From positions 1,355,935 to 1,419,934 of the forward strand of contig CM082588.2 of NCBI GenBank assembly GCA_040954595.2: a DNA stretch of 64,000 bases. Reading direction: 5' to 3'. Position 1 is the stretch's first letter. Each line of letters opens with the position of its first letter. The DNA comes from Balanoglossus misakiensis. Taxonomy: Eukaryota > Animalia > Hemichordata. The notes under the pieces are model-generated. The model worked only from the letters and a program-made list of their open reading frames with translations, searched no databases and was not told the DNA's origin. Of the stretch, positions 52,049-64,000 are shown in pieces. Both the position numbers and the translations under genes were made by a program.

Positions 52049-55000
52049 AGTTGGAATCGTAAATGTCGCCACCAAGTGTTGGAATGTTAGAAACTTTTAC
52101 ATTGGGCGCCGCCATTTTGATTTGCGCAAAGGACTGTGGGATTTGCCAATGTACTAATCCGAGATACTAGTAAATTTAATTCCAGTCTAAATAAAATCAT
52201 CTCTAACAGACTAGATTAATAAAACAAATTTTTCACCAGTATAGACACCAAGCGCGTACATTGCCAGATAGATTCGCACATGACATAGTGAGATACTAAC
52301 GACATGAACCAGTTGGAATCGTAAATGTCGCCACCAAGTGTTGGAATGTTAGAAACTTTTACATTGGGCGCCGCCATTTTGATTTGCGCAAAGGACTGTG
52401 GGATTTGCCAATGTACTAATCCGAGATACTAGTAAATTTAATTCCAGTCTAAATAAAATCATCTCTAACAGACTAAATTAATAAAACAAATTTTTCACCA
52501 GTATAGACACCAAGCGCGTACATTGCCAGATAGATTCGCACATGACATAGTGAGATACTAACGACATGAACCAGTTGGAATCGTAAATGTCGCCACCAAG
52601 TGTTGGAATGTTAGAAACTTTTACATTGGGCGCCGCCATTTTGATTTGCGCAAAGGACTGTGGGATTTGCCAATGTACTAATCCGAGATACTAGTAAATT
52701 TAATTCCAGTCTAAATAAAATCATCTCTAACAGACTAAATTAATAAAACAAATTTTTCACCAGTATAGACACCAAGCGCGTACATTGCCAGATAGATTCG
52801 CACATGACATCGTGAGATACTAACGACATGGAATCAGGTCTGTTTTGGAATTGTAAATGTCGCCACCAAGCGTTAGAATGTTAGAAACTTTCGTGACGTC
52901 ATCCAATGCAGTGCGCGAGTGATATTTATAACGCAGTGGTTTCGACAAGAAATTTCCATCTGTGGACCAAAATTCGTGCACCGATCGCCGTTATCATTCA
53001 CAATTCATTCATACGGGACAAAGAATCGCCACAAAACGTCTCACAACTTGTTAAACGGACACTTTTTTAACTTTATGCGAGGCGAGGACGTACATATACA
53101 GGCGCCGCCATTTTGATTTGCGCAAAGGACTGTGGGATTTGCCAATGTATTAATCCGAGATACTAGTAAATTTAATTTCAGTCTAAATAAAATCATCTCT
53201 AACAGACTAAATTAATAAAACAAATTTTTCACCAGTATAGACACCAAGCGCGTACATTGCCAGATAGATTCGCACATGACATAGTGAGATACTAACGACA
53301 TGAACCAGTTGGAATCGTAAATGTCGCCACCAAGTGTTGGAATGTTAGAAACTTTTACATTGGGCGCCGCCATTTTGATTTGCGCAAAGGACTGTGGGAT
53401 TTGCCAATGTACTAATCCGAGATACTAGTAAATTTAATTCCAGTCTAAATAAAATCATCTCTAACAGACTAAATTAATAAAACAAATTTTTCACCAGTAT
53501 AGACACCAAGCGCGTACATTGCCATATAGATTCGCACATGACATCGTGAGATACTAACGACATGGAATCAGGTCTGTTTTGGAATTGTAAATGTCGCCAC
53601 CAAGCGTTAGAATGTTAGAAACTTTCGTGACGTCATCCAATGCAGTGCGCGAGTGATATTTATAACGCAGTGGTTTCGACAAGAAATTTCCATCTGTGGA
53701 CCAAAATTCGTGCACCGATCGCCGTTATCATTCACAATTCATTCATACGGGACAAAGAATCGCCACAAAACGTCTCACAACTTGTTAAACGGACACTTTT
53801 TTAACTTTATGCGAGGCGAGGACGTACATATACAGGCGCCGCCATTTTGATTTGCGCAAAGGACTGTGGGATTTGCCAATGTATTAATCCGGGATACTAG
53901 TAAATTTAATTCCAGTCTAAATAAAATCATCTCTAACAGACTAAATTAATAAAAAAAATTTTTCACCAGTATAGACACCAAGCGCGTACATTGCCAGATA
54001 GATTCGCACATGACATAGTGAGATACTAACGACATGAACCAGTTGGAATCGTAAATGTCGCCACCAAGTGTTGGAATGTTAGAAACTTTTACATTGGGCG
54101 CCGCCATTTTGATTTGCGCAAAGGACTGTGGGATTTGCCAATGTACTAATCCGAGATACTAGTAAATTTAATTCCAGTCTAAATAAAATCATCTCTAACA
54201 GACTAAATTAATAAAACAAATTTTTCACCAGTATAGACACCAAGCGCGTACATTGCCAGATAGATTCGCACATGACATAGTGAGATACTAACGACATGAA
54301 CCAGTTGGAATCGTAAATGTCGCCACCAAGTGTTGGAATGTTAGAAACTTTTACATTGGGCGCCGCCATTTTGATTTGCGCAAAGGACTGTGGGATTTGC
54401 CAATGTACTAATCCGAGATACTAGTAAATTTAATTCCAGTCTAAATAAAATCATCTCTAACAGACTAAATTAATAAAACAAATTTTTCACCAGTATAGAC
54501 ACCAAGCGCGTACATTGCCAGATAGATTCGCACATGACATCGTGAGATACTAACGACATGGAATCAGGTCTGTTTTGGAATTGTAAATGTCGCCACCAAG
54601 CGTTAGAATGTTAGAAACTTTCGTGACGTCATCCAATGCAGTGCGCGAGTGATATTTATAACGCAGTGGTTTCGACAAGAAATTTCCATCTGTGGACCAA
54701 AATTCGTGCACCGATCGCCGTTATCATTCACAATTCATTCATACGGGACAAAGAATCGCCACAAAACGTCTCACAACTTGTTAAACGGACACTTTTTTAA
54801 CTTTATGCGAGGCGAGGACGTACATATACAGGCGCCGCCATTTTGATTTGCGCAAAGGACTGTGGGATTTGCCAATGTATTAATCCGAGATACTAGTAAA
54901 TTTAATTCCAGTCTAAATAAAATCATCTCTAACAGACTAAATTAATAAAACAAATTTTTCACCAGTATAGACACCAAGCGCGTACATTGCCAGATAGATT

Positions 55001-56021
55001 CGCACATGACATAGTGAGATACTAACGACATGAACCAGTTGGAATCGTAAATGTCGCCACCAAGTGTTGGAATGTTAGAAACTTTTACATTGGGCGCCGC
55101 CATTTTGATTTGCGCAAAGGACTGTGGGATTTGCCAATGTACTAATCCGAGATACTAGTAAATTTAATTCCAGTCTAAATAAAATCATCTCTAACAGACT
55201 AAATTAATAAAACAAATTTTTCACCAGTATAGACACCAAGCGCGTACATTGCCATATAGATTCGCACATGACATCGTGAGATACTAACGACATGGAATCA
55301 GGTCTGTTTTGGAATTGTAAATGTCGCCACCAAGCGTTAGAATGTTAGAAACTTTCGTGACGTCATCCAATGCAGTGCGCGAGTGATATTTATAACGCAG
55401 TGGTTTCGACAAGAAATTTCCATCTGTGGACCAAAATTCGTGCACCGATCGCCGTTATCATTCACAATTCATTCATACGGGACAAAGAATCGCCACAAAA
55501 CGTCTCACAACTTGTTAAACGGACACTTTTTTAACTTTATGCGAGGCGAGGACGTACATATACAGGCGCCGCCATTTTGATTTGCGCAAAGGACTGTGGG
55601 ATTTGCCAATGTATTAATCCGGGATACTAGTAAATTTAATTCCAGTCTAAATAAAATCATCTCTAACAGACTAAATTAATAAAACAAATTTTTCACCAGT
55701 ATAGACACCAAGCGCGTACATTGCCAGATAGATTCGCACATGACATAGTGAGATACTAACGACATGAACCAGTTGGAATCGTAAATGTCGCCACCAAGTG
55801 TTGGAATGTTAGAAACTTTTACATTGGGCGCCGCCATTTTGATTTGCGCAAAGGACTGTGGGATTTGCCAATGTACTAATCCGAGATACTAGTAAATTTA
55901 ATTCCAGTCTAAATAAAATCATCTCTAACAGACTAAATTAATAAAACAAATTTTTCACCAGTATAGACACCAAGCGCGTACATTGCCAGATAGATTCGCA
56001 CATGATATCGTGAGATACTAA
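52049..56021. repeat. Tandem satellite of 12 monomers (8 short, 4 long carrying an extra ~200-bp segment) with a 1730-bp higher-order repeat
   Basis: TTGGAATYGTAAATGTCGCCACCAAG heads at 52051, 52313, 52575, 52845, 53309, 53579, 54043, 54305, 54575, 55039, 55309, 55773 (spacings 262, 270, 464); copies are nearly identical. Confidence 0.97.
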
Positions 56022-57639
56022 AATCAAGGTTTAATAATGATTCCCTCAAAAGATTCTGGTCTGTCCCATCTACTGTCAAATGCTACCGTGATCTTGGACG
56101 TGGGGATTGGATTGTACAAAAATTACATTTTCAAGCAAATATACACACTTCATGCTCTTCAAATGACAATATTTTTTCTGACTTTTTCTTAACAAGTGTT
56201 GTGTTGGCAGCCAATTTGAATTTGATAACATTTAACAAGACCTGTGGCAGCAATTCTAATACAAGACATTAATAATGACATTATTTTTCACTTTTGCAGT
56301 AGAAATACGACCAACAATATATGCATGTTGACATCAGACAATGAAACATACACTAATATACTTCTTACAAAAAATGAAATAAAAAACGTAATATTTAATA
56401 GTTATGAAAAATCTCAAAAAGTCGGAATACTGGTACTATGAATAAATTATGATATACATGTATGATATTACAGGGTGATAATTTATTATATTAGATAAAA
56501 ATACAGGAAAAGAGGTAAAATTACTGTCAAGGGTAAAAATTGTTATCGTGTAAGTTGGTATGCTAATACACACAACATGTATAATTTAAAAATAAGCACC
56601 TGTGGTATAAAGCTGCCTGGCAGAGCATGCTTTTTTCTGGTTTGTAAGATTGTCTTTGCAAAAATGTGCTCATCTCATAGCAATAAAGTTAAAAAAATAC
56701 TCAGATAATTCTAAATAATGTTAATACTCTCTGCAGGAAAACAAAGCCTCTTGCATAGTGTGCTCATGGCCATTGGACCACACATCAAATGTTCCTTTGA
56801 GTTTGATTCAATAAAATCTCATCCGAGATAGCATTGTGTTAAATAGTTGTGACTTTCTAAATGAAGTTCAGACAAGCCTATGACGTCACCATAAAAAATA
56901 TCGAGTTCACTGGTTACACCAGCCTGAGTTGAGTTCACATCTGTAAATTGTCCAGTACCCAATCAGACCCTTCTAATCAATTTCTAACTATAAGTATTTG
57001 TATTTTCCCTTATTTATATTATATCAGGAAAATTGATATTTAATAGGAATAATTGTAATTACATGTGGTTTTATAAAACACTGTTAAAAAAGCATTCCCA
57101 GTGTGTATTTACAAATTCAACTCGACTTACAAAACCCTGTTTCTACATATTTGGCACAGAAAAAAAATATTTTTATTTGATTTCCTTTTAAATACAATTC
57201 TTGTATTAAAATACTGTACAATCTATTAACTTCAAACCTCTGCCAGAAAGGCAAAATTCAACACTTATGGCAGATATAAAGCTTAAAATGAGTTTCGAAC
57301 TCAACTTTAGAAATGAAAATTAGCCTGACAGACACAGAGTGTCCTAATACCTAACCACTGGTTTGCAACTACCATTATGTACATGGCATGTACTTCATAT
57401 CCGATGGCTTTGATAAATTGGCAAGAGACACTTTCTTTCTCTTCATTATATCGAGAAACAGACAAAAAAAAATTAATAGATTGTATTGCATAAAAAGGGA
57501 ATAAGATATTCCCATTACACCATTTCATTAAAATATTTATCTGAAAGGATTTATCAGATCGTGAAATCTGTCTTTTAGTGACACTCCTTCAAGCCATAGA
57601 GTTCATTGCAAAATTAGTTTTGAAACTGAGCTTCACCAT

Positions 57640-63791
<6,152 letters not shown>

Positions 63792-64000
63792 CTTTAAGTC
63801 GAAAAGTGCAGAAAAGAAGTTAGTTTACCGTTATTCAGAATGGAAAGTCTGTACACATGACATCTGATATTGTTTTAGAATCACTACCCGTTGTGCTATA
63901 CATGGTTCTATCTCTGCATGCACCCAGAGCAAGTAATGATAAATGTCCAATACATGGCTTATCAACACAGGTTGTGTATGCTATGTGCAGAGTTGTTACT

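Noticed and set aside
52049-56021. CRISPR-like repeat/spacer array, or four genes encoding the identical 65-aa ORF MIFITQWF...
   Set aside because: The intervening segments are identical rather than unique spacers, the units are hundreds of bp long, the context is eukaryotic and there are no cas genes. The ORF starts at GTG and simply reflects the repeat.

Overview
Eukaryotic (metazoan) genomic DNA with spliceosomal GT-AG introns. It is most likely a marine invertebrate deuterostome (hemichordate/amphioxus-like; inferred from protein similarity and intron style, not proven). Three protein-coding genes can be assembled exon by exon with consistent phases: (1) the last three coding exons of HTATSF1/Tat-SF1 (+, 7608-10326); (2) a complete 4-exon vestigial-like gene (VGLL2/3-type, +, 26934-36993, 318 aa) inside a ~40 kb CpG-rich non-coding domain; (3) the 3' 16 coding exons of a ROS1/sevenless receptor tyrosine kinase (-, 63791-57640, truncated at the window edge). 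The order HTATSF1 -> VGLL -> <- ROS1 joins two gene pairs that are separate in human (HTATSF1-VGLL1 on Xq26, VGLL2-ROS1 on 6q22), which suggests an ancestral pre-genome-duplication block. Other highlights: VGLL exon 3 starts with a perfect donor (AG|GTGAGT, a candidate recursive splice site) and is frame-symmetric, so removing it would delete the TEAD omega-loop motif. A 4 kb satellite with a 1730-bp higher-order structure, built from a promoter-like monomer, abuts the ROS1 3' end. ROS1 has a long repeat-containing C-terminal tail. A micro-exon-like cluster lies upstream of VGLL. MITE and microsatellite remnants are also present.
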